Source of the DNA: Guillardia theta CCMP2712
Taxonomy: Eukaryota > Protista > Cryptophyta
NCBI RefSeq assembly: GCF_000315625.1
Contig: NW_005434650.1
Coordinates: forward strand, 504,873-568,872
Direction: 5' to 3'
DNA length: 64,000 nt
This document shows positions 49,101 to 59,100 of this stretch, piece after piece (within the stretch, counting starts at the first letter, position 1; each line of letters opens with the position of its first letter). The notes under the pieces are model-generated. The model saw only the letters and a program-made list of their open reading frames with translations. It had not been told where the DNA came from and did not search any database. Made by a program: the position numbers and the translations under genes.

Positions 49101-50380
49101 CACGTCGCTCTCGATCCTCCCGTCACTCTTCACTTCCTCCGGGGAGAATCCCATCTGGGTGCTCTGACCGTGATCGTAGCAGCACATCTCCAGCAGAACC
49201 TGCTGCTTCTCGGACATCCTCGCCCCTCCTCCCTCCAGGCGTTGCAGCCAAAGCACGAGGGCGTCCTGGCTGGGGAGGAAGACGAGGACTTCGCGGTGGA
49301 GGTTGTTGTTGTACATTTTGGAGAGGAGCGAGGAGTCAGGTTGCAAGACAAGGGAGAATTGAGAGGGCTGAGAGATGACCAATCTACGAGCTGAAGATTG
49401 CGCAATGACGGTCGCATGGTTTGTGTTGATCTGCAGACAGAACATTTAGGAACAAACAAGAAGAAGCACAAGGTGGTTGAGGAGGAGGAGGTGGTGATAG
49501 TGGTGGTAGTGGTGATGATAGATGTGATGGAATCAGAAAACAAGATCCTCACAGAAACTCATCGCTCAAATGCTCCAATATCATGGAAGAAGGGGAGGAA
49601 TGGAATGAAAACTTTGACCATCTCACATAGACGGAATGAGAGTAAAAGGTGATGCAGAGAGAAAAACAAAAATCGCAACCGTGGAGGAGACAGCAAGACA
49701 GACATACTGAAAGGCTGACAGAGAGGCAAGCAGCAAAAAAAGCAATATCATCACCTCGTACACAGATCGTCCGTACGGTCGTGTCATGGTCCCTCCCACA
49801 AGGGCATAGATGCCGATAGAACCATCTTCTCTCATCTCCATCCATCCCTTTTGACCGACCGCATCTGAAAGGTGCCAACCGAAATAGACCAGACAAGAGT
49901 GGAGGACAGGAGACGAGTCGTTGATCCCCCTGCTCCCTGCCTGCATCTGAAACTTCGCCCAGGAGTAGCTCTTGAAGTGGAAGTGAGCTGTGCTGGTTAT
50001 CTTCTTCAGCATGATCTGTCGTCGGGACTCCTCCTGCAGTTCCCGCTTGTTCTTGTCGCGCAGGTAGATCTGACGAGAGACCTTCTCTCGGTCGTCTGTC
50101 TCGAGGTTGTCGATCAAGACAGCAAGGAAAGTTTTCATGATGATGAGCTTGAAAACAAAACTTCCGATCATCAGGTATGGGACGATTCCAACTGTCACTG
50201 AACTGCCCTCGACGAGGAGAGAGAATATGCTGTTTCCTGTCTGTTAGTTGGAAGGACATGTCAGTATTCGCTGTCGATTTGAGATATTACGACCATCATC
50301 AATATCAAAACCATTGTATTCATCTTCACCTTCATCATTGCTACCATCATCATGATCATCAACATCAGCATCAGCATCAT

Positions 50381-50412
<32 letters not shown>

Positions 50413-50414
50413 GA

Positions 50415-50445
<31 letters not shown>

Positions 50446-50461
50446 GCAGCAGCATCATCAT

Positions 50462-50553
<92 letters not shown>

Positions 50554-52519
50554 GCATCAGCAGCAGCTGCAGCTGCAGCAGCATATCTTGTCTGCGCATT
50601 AGCCCCCCTGCCTTTCATCCTCTCCCCTCAACACCCCCAACTCTCACCATTAGAAGCTGCACGATGAGGAAAGATCCTCCGAACGAGGAGAAGTATTCCT
50701 CTACCCCTCCTAGCGACGAAAACCTCGGCAAGGGCGTCACAGGGAACAGCTGCTGCCCGACCAGTGAGTAGACGATCCAAGCAAAGGCGATGGCGATGGT
50801 AGCGCTGCCAGTGCCTCTCCTCAACCCCAAGTGAAGCAAACTGTTGAGGTCAGGGAGCAGGTGGAGGTGAGAGAAGAGGCGGAGGAAGCGAAGAAGTCGG
50901 ATCGTGCGAAGGCCATCAATGCCGGAGATGACCCCGATGAGGCTCAGAATCGTCACCAACGAGTCGAACAGGTTGAGCGGGTAGCAGAAGTACCGCGGGT
51001 TGAAGTTGAAGACGAACAGCTGGGAGAGGAGCGAGAGAGCGAAGAGGATGACTGTGACGTCTTCGACCACCCTGACGATGCTCCTCTCGCTCGCGCTCAT
51101 GTCCTTGTTGACGATGCAGATCATCAGAGCTTGCAGCCCGGCGAGCCCGGAAAGGAGGTAGCTGAACAGAGGGGTCTTGGAGAAGGCGGAGATTCTCGAA
51201 TGCCATGCGAAGATCTCAGCAAAGTCATCGACGTTCTTGTCGGGATGGAAGGAGTTCGGGAACACAATCAGCTTGCCGCACAGGGTCCGGGACAAGAGGA
51301 CGAGATCGAGCAAGGAAAACGACCTCCTCTCCCTCACCTCGATGTTGACCTGCCTGTGCGACCTCAGCCTCGCGTCCATCCTTTGCCACATGAGCTTGAT
51401 CCTGCCGACCAGAGTTTTCCTCTGCTCTTCCTCTACATGCAGCACCAGTGCGTCCTTCTCCCCTTCTGACCGCGTCGAGATCCTCTTGGCAGACATGTTT
51501 TCCTGCCCCGGCGATGTCAGGAGGACCCCGCCGGTCTGATTGAATCTCCCCTTGCACTCCAGGTAGCACAAGACGTAGATGGCAGGGAAGTAGTTGGCGA
51601 GCAAGATCGATCCCAGCACTGTCAACGCCAAGAAGTAGATCATGGCAGACTGCCCTGCTGCGTCGATGGTGGGGTTGAGGATTTCTCCCTCGAAGTAGTG
51701 GGACAGGAAGGTCGCAACCGTCATGATCGAACTTCCTATGTCATCAAAACTGAGCAGGGGGTTGATGGAGGGAAGAGAGTACGATCTCTCGCATATCTCA
51801 TCCGCATAGCAGCTCCTGCCACCTGCGAACAAGTCGAAATTGAACCTGCTGCCGCCCCTGCAATGCCGGACCGGCAGGACAACCTCGGTGGACTCGCCGT
51901 CCGCAATCGATACCGTGCAGTAATACCGAAGCTTTGATCTCAGCCCGAAGAAGTTGTGACCCACGTTGGCTGAGATGAAGACAAAGAATACAGAGACCAG
52001 CAAGATCCCGAGCAAGCGGATGGCGGACACGGCGAACGACTGTATCAGGATCTTCAAACTCCCAAGTCCTCGAGCCGTCCTCAACAAACGGAACGTGCGG
52101 AAGATCCTCAGGATCCTCACGTCTCCTCCCGAGTATCCAGAGCCAGCAGCTGCCGAGATGATGATGGTGAGATACGCTGACAGCAGGACAACCAAGTCCA
52201 ACAGGCCCCAGTACGTCCGGAGGTAGCCGTCCGGTCTCCGGAGGATCCCGTAGGCAAGGAATTTGAGTAGCATCTCGAGGGTGTAGAATGAGAGACAGAG
52301 GTTGTTGACAAGAGCCACTGCTCCATCTGGTATCCCCGACGCTGCATCGAATGACGTATCTATGATTACAACTGAGAGTATCAGCAAACTAGTAGTAAGA
52401 CGATCCTTCTTCTCCCCGTCCTCATCCACATACTCGAACAAATTTCTGACTGAGTCAGAGCACCTTGAACGCTGAGGACGTTCATCTTCAGCATCTTCAG
52501 GTGCTGCAACCCCTACCAT
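45340..52519 (-). CDS. Divergent four-domain (4x6TM) voltage-gated-like cation channel, Cav/Nav/NALCN superfamily
   Basis: S4 helices 'VRILRIFRTFRLLRTAR', 'LRTIRLLRFLRL', 'FLRSIPILRVIRP'. Pore loops 'SFDDIGSSIMTV', 'NFDDF..FGEGW', 'NYIDFPSSFRTNFQ'. Post-S6 EF-like 'FEEEWLVLDP'. Confidence 0.85.
50294..50582 (+). repeat. Intronic (CAT)n/(CAG)n compound trinucleotide microsatellite
   Basis: Directly visible. Similar intronic tracts at 17225-17303, 42490-42550, 44878-44960, 45990-46106, 61820-61900 and 62250-62300. Confidence 0.95.
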
Positions 52520-53328
52520 CTGGTGAGGAATGATTGCACTACAAACTCATCTTGAAACTTGAGTTGGGCGGGAAGAAAATCAGCTCAAGAAGCCATTCAG
52601 CTTCGCACTGAGATGCAGTGTCAACAACCTCTCCTGCTTGTTGCCATCACCTGCCATTCATAACTCGTTCCTGCATTCCCTGAGAGTCTGCCCCTCACTC
52701 ACCGCCCAGTTCGCCTCACGCCCGCATTCGTCAAACAATATCTAGGTGGGGTGGGGTACTTCGAAGGGCACAACAGGGGGTAGAGGTACAGACATTGCCA
52801 AAAAGGGTGCGACCGTTGGCCCCGGGCCGGGTACGGTCCGAATTCGGGCCGCCGGGCCGCGGGACGGAGGCACGGTCCGATCCGACAATGATTACCAGTT
52901 GACTGAACCCTCATCCTGCCTACTGCTGTCCCCAAAACTTAACTGATATTGAGAGTCTCTCTGCGGCAGTAAGTGCGCAAGGCTTCTCAGTGAGCCAACT
53001 TGTGACAGGCCGGGCAAACTTTGAAACTTCGAGTCCCGGGCGGCGGGCCGTTCCGACTGGGCCGGCCCGGCGGACTGCTGCGACAAAAGCTCGCCTCAGA
53101 GATTGAAAAGGAAATCATCCGGGGACACGAAAATGCAAGACAGATGGTGATCAGGAGCCGCTGAGGGAGAGCGTTGGAGCAAGCGAGGAGAGGCAGATCT
53201 CTTCTCTACACTAAGAGGAGGAGCCAGGAGAAGGGATCAGCTCAAGCTCGAAGAAGCTCTGAGAACTGCTTCAGGAAGCAGGTTGGCAAAAGGGTAGGGG
53301 AAAACCGTTGGGATCGAGGAGAGCAGAT

Positions 53329-54804
53329 ATGTCTGAAACGGAAGAAGGTATAGCAAGCAGTCTGAGGAGAAAGCCTAGCACTGAGACCATGGGAGGATTG
53401 CACCGCAGTCCCTCGAATCAGAGCTACGTAGTCAAGCGAGCACCCTCAGGCTTGAGCTTCAACAGTTTTGATCGGACCAAGTCATCCAAAGACAACAAGC
53501 TCTCACGAGTTCTGTCGAGCCACAACTCCTCTCAGGTTGCCTCGCTGCTCAAGTCCCTTGCAACACATACAGCGAGTGAACAGAGCTCGGAGACTCTCTA
53601 CTATGGGGTAGACAAAGAGGAGGAGCGCAGACTAAGGGACATTATCAATCGCGTCCACAACCGAATTCTCAAGCGAGATGCTGATCGTGCAAGTATCCTC
53701 CATTACTCTGCATGTATGCTCGACGGGGAGCTAGAGGTCGAAGGGCTGATCAGACAACTATGTGGGTCGCCAGAGTATCTCGAGCTGCAGAACAGGCAGA
53801 TAGACGAGGTGCAGATCGAGCAGAGAATATGGAAGAACAAGTTTCACCCCTGGATCTGCCATGCAGACGATGCCGATGAGGAGCTTGGCACTGTGAAGTG
53901 GAGTTTTAATGAGAAGGGGATTTCGTGGGCGAGGTGGGATAGTGGCGCCATCGAAGGGGAGAGTATGGGATCAAGAGTGTACAACGGAACCTTCGTGACG
54001 CAAACCAACGACAACTGGAGCACAGTCGCCATGGAGCAGCCATTCAAGGAAGGCATCCATGAGTGGTACGTGAAGAAAACCAGCGCTAGTGCTAACGGCA
54101 ACAAGGCCCGCATAGGGGTGGCGATCCGCGACATTGAGCTTGACAAAGATTTCCGTAACTCGCACTTCTTGAACCGCGTCTGGTACATCGACGAAGATGG
54201 AGACATCTGGAACGGCAACAACTTTGTTGCTCGTGGAGACTCTTGGTTTCGGAGTGGCAGCATCGTCAGGTGCAGGCTTGACACCCTTCGAAGAACTCTT
54301 AGTTTCGCCGTGAGTTTCAACCAGAAAGGAGATTGGAAGGATTCAGTGTTCTCACAAGCAGCCTCTTCCCACACACGAGGACCTCCAAACTCGTCACTGG
54401 TCATGAACCTCCCTCCCGGCAAAGAACTTTATCCTGTGATCCAGGACTATTGTGCTGGTAAGGAGCTTCTCCCTCTGTGTTCACCCCTTGACTTTCAATC
54501 TTCAGGGAGCGGATTTGAAGTCTCAGACATTTGCTCAAAAGAATTCAGCGAAGAGAACAAGAAAGAATTCGAGGGGATATTTGACATGCCGAAGAAATTC
54601 ATTGATGAGCTCGTCGAGAAGGTGGAGACTGCCGAAGAACGCAAGGCGGCGAGAAGCAGGGCGCTGAGCACCATGTCATTTGACACACGGAGCGTCGGAT
54701 CTAGGAGTGCAAAGACCAACACGTCAGCAGGATCCAGGATGACAGCGGGCACGCATGCGTCATCAACCAGGAGGGCGTCAAGAAGTCAGAAACCGAGGCA
54801 CTGA
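53329..54804 (+). CDS. Protein with DUF4214/phycobilisome-linker-like helical module and SPRY domain
   Basis: 'IINRVHNRILKRDADRASILHY..LDGELEVEGLIRQLCGSPEY'. SPRY-like 'PFKEGIHEWYV..RIGVA..WYIDEDG..GSIVRCRLD..RTLSF..LYPVI'. Probable in-frame intron near 54457-54504. Confidence 0.7.
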   Translation: MSETEEGIASSLRRKPSTETMGGLHRSPSNQSYVVKRAPSGLSFNSFDRTKSSKDNKLSRVLSSHNSSQVASLLKSLATHTASEQSSETLYYGVDKEEERRLRDIINRVHNRILKRDADRASILHYSACMLDGELEVEGLIRQLCGSPEYLELQNRQIDEVQIEQRIWKNKFHPWICHADDADEELGTVKWSFNEKGISWARWDSGAIEGESMGSRVYNGTFVTQTNDNWSTVAMEQPFKEGIHEWYVKKTSASANGNKARIGVAIRDIELDKDFRNSHFLNRVWYIDEDGDIWNGNNFVARGDSWFRSGSIVRCRLDTLRRTLSFAVSFNQKGDWKDSVFSQAASSHTRGPPNSSLVMNLPPGKELYPVIQDYCAGKELLPLCSPLDFQSSGSGFEVSDICSKEFSEENKKEFEGIFDMPKKFIDELVEKVETAEERKAARSRALSTMSFDTRSVGSRSAKTNTSAGSRMTAGTHASSTRRASRSQKPRH

Positions 54805-54889
54805 GATTTGACTCCTCTGTTCATCTTGTCTTTGTATGTCTATGCGTTCGCCTCCTCTTCGAAGTGGAGCGCGCCGTCGAGGGACGAGG

Positions 54890-56325
54890 TCATGCTGGTT
54901 CCCCGATCTTATGATAACACACCACTCCACAGAAAATCGCTACTGTCGTGAACTGCACGTCGTTTCTCTGTAGAATCGAATTAAAGGTTGAGAAATGGTC
55001 AAGCTCGAAGTTCATCGTTCCCGCATAGACTGTAATGAAATCATCTGATTCCATTGGAACACATGTAGAGTCCGGACGATACAAGAATTGTACCAACTCG
55101 CGATGTTTCGGTTCTATGAATGGTTGGAGGCAGTAGTCTAGACAAACGTCCTCAGCCCTCCAATGAAAATCTGTTATCGGATGTCCGAAGAGGACGGCCC
55201 CACGAGCAGTCCCATGGACGTAGAAAGACGCCTTCGTGCCCTTTAAGATCTTGACATCGGTATCGAAAGGGAGCAGGGTGAAATTGCCACTAGTCAATTC
55301 GAGGTTGCCATCCTCTAGTATAAGCACGGGATTCTCACGTACATCGCAAATCTTAGTCTCCATCACGACATCCCACAGAGAAGCATTCTGTCTCGCAGCA
55401 AAGTGCGGATCAAACCACGATCCATTCCGCGAGTAGATGGTGTACTCCACATGGTCTTGTTCCCCTTCGCAAGTAATCTACAAACTGAGTTTCACACAGC
55501 ACAAGGGAAAGGATCGAAATCACGAATCACCTTGAGGCCTGAGATCAAAATATCTTGTTTGTTTGCTTCGACGTCGAAGAACACTCCACATGCTGCATGG
55601 AACATGAGCTTATCCATTGGGCAAGTCAGCTGGAACTCCTCTCCTCTCCTTTTCCTCCTTTCTTGCATCAATCTTTCTTCTTTGGCTTTTTCATCGTCTA
55701 TGAAACTCTGTAAAGTTGGGTCCAGATTGTTTGTCAGAGGAAGATCATCGAGATAATTCCAGTCGGTCCTCAACGCGTCGGTATCCTGTAGCTTGAATTG
55801 TATCGAATCGTCGTCCAGAGAGGTCGACCCTTCGTCAAACTGAATCTTCAAAGCTTTCCGAAGGTCCCACTTGTAAGATCTAAGTATGCTATCACACACG
55901 TTTGGGTTCAGATCCGTCTTCCTCGCAAAGATTTCAATCTTCTCCGCTGCGCTCGGGGGGTCCTGCCCGTCAGACTCTGGGAACACAAGGAGGCTTTCCG
56001 ATTCATCTTCGGATCCTCCTCTCAATCCATGCATGGTGTTAACGTCCTTCAATTGAATAGAGCCAAATCTGATGCTTGCGAAATCCTCCTGCCTATCCCC
56101 GCATGCAGCTTCATTTATCTGACTGATGCGCCCCCTCGGTCGTGCATCGGACATGGCGGACATGATGAAAGATGTCACCTTATTATGAGATCCTGATGCA
56201 GATGCTGCATACTCTCCACCTGCCCTTCCTCCATCAACAGCCCATCCATTCGCTCCCCTCCCTCCTCTCGTGCCGCCCATCATCCACAGTATCGCCATTG
56301 TAGATGCCCACCGCAATCTCACCAT
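54890..56325 (-). CDS. Hypothetical protein with UBA-like three-helix module and C-terminal beta-rich domain
   Basis: 'EKIEIFARKTDLNPNVCDSILRSYKWDLRKAL' resembles UBA-like (TAP-C/DCN1-N type) domains. One GT-AG intron joins 'SGLK|ITCEG'. Weak hydrophobic N-terminus. Confidence 0.65.
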
Positions 56326-57104
56326 CCTCGCAAGTCTCCACTCCTGGGTTTTGGGTTTGGGGCTACAAGTTTAAAATGTTTGATGATATGTATATTTAAA
56401 AACTACTGGTCAGCATGATTAATTTTATAGTATTTTTAAAAAGGGATAGAAGCATTATTTTACTGAAAAAATCCGTACCAAAATATAAAGTTTTACGTGT
56501 TGACATCAAGTAGAGATGGAGTATAAAAACAAAATTTTATGAAATATACCTTGGAAAGGTGGTTTTATAACTTACAAAATGTCAAAAACATTCTAAAAGA
56601 AGTTTTAAAATAACCTCTTGTTGTGCCTCTCCCCTTGCGCCATGCATCGCAGATGGAGCAGGGGATGGGACGGAGAATTAGGAGGAGGAGGAGGAGGAGG
56701 AAACAACAGAATGGAGGCGCGGATATCGTGTTGTGTGTGTTGCTTTCAGGGTATAGAATTGAATCTGTTACTGAAGGATCATGGTGTATGGTATGGCTGA
56801 TCCAGATGTTGGGGAAGAACTGTGGTGGGGTTGTGACTGGACGTAGCCAACACGCGACTGCTCGAGCAGGGACATGATCCTGTTCTGAAACATGTCTACA
56901 TTGTTGTGTCGTTGCCTTTCATATTCTATTTAGCGATGAACCGCCTCCCTTGACGGAAAGCTTTACCATCTTCCTTGGCTGTAAAATGAAAAATCTGCTT
57001 GTACGTTTTGGTGATTTTTGATTGCAAAGGATGTATTTCGTAATCAATATCTTTCAATATTTGAGCTAGATAACTTCTGATCTTTTATCTTTGTAGTAGC
57101 GTAG

Positions 57105-57577
57105 ATGGCAACCGCAAGGCTTCAGGCTTTTTGGAACCATCCTGCCGGGCCCAAAACCAGTAAGCTGAGCTTGTGTCATTGGCATCGTAACTAATCGATG
57201 CATCCTTCTATCAGTTCACTTTTGGGCTCCAACATTCAAGTGGGGGCTTGTCATTGCAGGCCTTGCTGACTTGAACCGTCCTGTAGAGAAGGTTTCCACA
57301 GCACAGCAGACAGGTGATTGTCTTAGTCGATGGAAATCTATCGACCTGTCCGCTGATTGCGTCTTGTAGCGTTGGCTGCGACTGGAGTTATCTGGTGTCG
57401 ATATGCCACACAAATCATTCCGATCAACTACAACTTGATGAGCGTGAACTTCTTTGTTGCTATCACTGGCCTCTATCAATTAGCAAGGAAGAATGGGTGA
57501 GTTTCCATCCCGAATCTGATCCTGGTAACGTAAACCTTCTTTGCAGCCTGGTAAAAGACGATCCGGCAAAAAAGTAG
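57105..57577 (+). CDS. MPC2: Mitochondrial pyruvate carrier 2
   Basis: Spliced translation 'FWNHPAGPKT|IHFWAPTFKWGLVIAGLADLNRPVEKVS..ALAATGVIWCRY..NYNLMSVNFFVAITGLYQL'. 3 introns. Missed by the ORF track. Confidence 0.95.
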
Positions 57578-57853
57578 ATCGAGGGGGTGTGCAAGGTACT
57601 CTGTTTTAAGAGTATTTATGTAATGAAGCATTGTCAAGCGAACATCACTTCGTGTCCCTATCGCTCAACCTTGACCCCTTCCTGAGGGTAAGTTGTGAAG
57701 TGATAGCTTTGCCCAAGCTGAGAAAGATTCTAGCATCTTTCTTGTAATGTGCTAGCAACTTTCTTGTAATGTGTTGCGTCTCAGCACGTATCCACACGCC
57801 CCCCCCCCCCCCCCCGACCTCACAAGCCATAGCATGGGTCGTTGCTGCGGTGA

Positions 57854-58540
57854 ATGTTTTCAGGCAACATGTTAGGTTCCATCGCCATCTTCGCTTTCTC
57901 GATAATGCACTTTCCTTCCTTGTACTTCTGGCTCTCCTCAAAGGCCTCAACCTGTCATCGACGAGCTTGTTACCTCCTCGGACCTTCATTCATGGAGCGC
58001 TCTTACATATTTCCAGCCAAGAACAGCCTGGCAACAGTTGCAGTATACGTCTGCAACGGTGTGCAGTCCAGTTATGAGTATCCTATCTTCTTTCGGGCCA
58101 AGCGTGATGTTCACCCTGAAGAAAGTTGATGAGATTGCTCAGACCTGAAAGAAGCATTCCGAAAGCTTACACGTTGCTGAAGAGGAATGCTCTACCATGC
58201 CTTCCCTGGAAAGCCTGCGAGAAACTAGTAAGCTTGAGGGTGAGGAAGGTGTGCTCCACCTTAGAAACAATCTGATCGTGCTTTGCTAGATGTGTCCTGC
58301 AACCGCTGCAGCTGTAGATGCGATCCCCACAAAGGTAAATCTTGAAAATTTTCCCCTGGGGCTACAATTAGGGACGATCCGAGTCGTTGCGAGCATTACC
58401 ATTGTGCAAATGCAAGAAGTGGACAAATATGGCAATCAGAAATTCAACAACCCCGACAAAGAATTCTCTCCCGGACAAAACTTGACTGGTCCTGTTTCTC
58501 CGGCACCAGGGTGAACTATCAGCACACTATTCTGGGTTAA
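57854..58540 (+). CDS. Possible small Cys-containing hypothetical gene
   Basis: Short frames separated by GT-AG introns (e.g. ~58228-58289). Structure ambiguous. Confidence 0.25.
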
Positions 58541-59100
58541 AACCAGACAGCAAACTCTGCTCGGTGACCCTGGGGCAAGTCCAATCCAACTATGGAGCAA
58601 CGAGAGATTGACAAGACTTGAGAGAGATGACGCTACGAGGTCATAGATCGATGCACGCCACCATCGTCCTTGCTCCTCTCCTCATTACCCTGTCTTGGCG
58701 ATACGCCATACGCCCGAACTGGTCGGATGTAGGGGGGGTCCGTTTCCCCGTCGGACAAGGGGTTCGTGTACCCCAAGGGGTGGTGTAAGGTTTTGGCGGG
58801 TAGGGGTGAGGGGGAGGCCGTGGTCACATGGGGGTCGAGGGTAGGTGGGGGTACATCAAAAGATGGGGTGGGTAAGGGAGGGATAAACAAGGGGTGGTGA
58901 GTTTGGAAATTCAATTTTGGAATGGATCACTGAGGACCAGGCAAGGGAGACTGGAGACGAAGAGGAAGAGGAAGAGGAAGAGGAAGAGGAAGAGGAGAGG
59001 AGGAGGAGGAGGAGGAGGATATCGTAAGACCAGCAACTCTCGAAGGCCGGGAGGAAGCTGAGGGAAGCCAACGGAAAAATTCAGGTTTGGGAGGGAGACC

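Noticed and set aside
50177-50771. Poly-H/Q/D/M/I ORFs here and at 16841-17378, 45686-46108, 42332-42970
   Set aside because: They are translations of intronic trinucleotide microsatellites.
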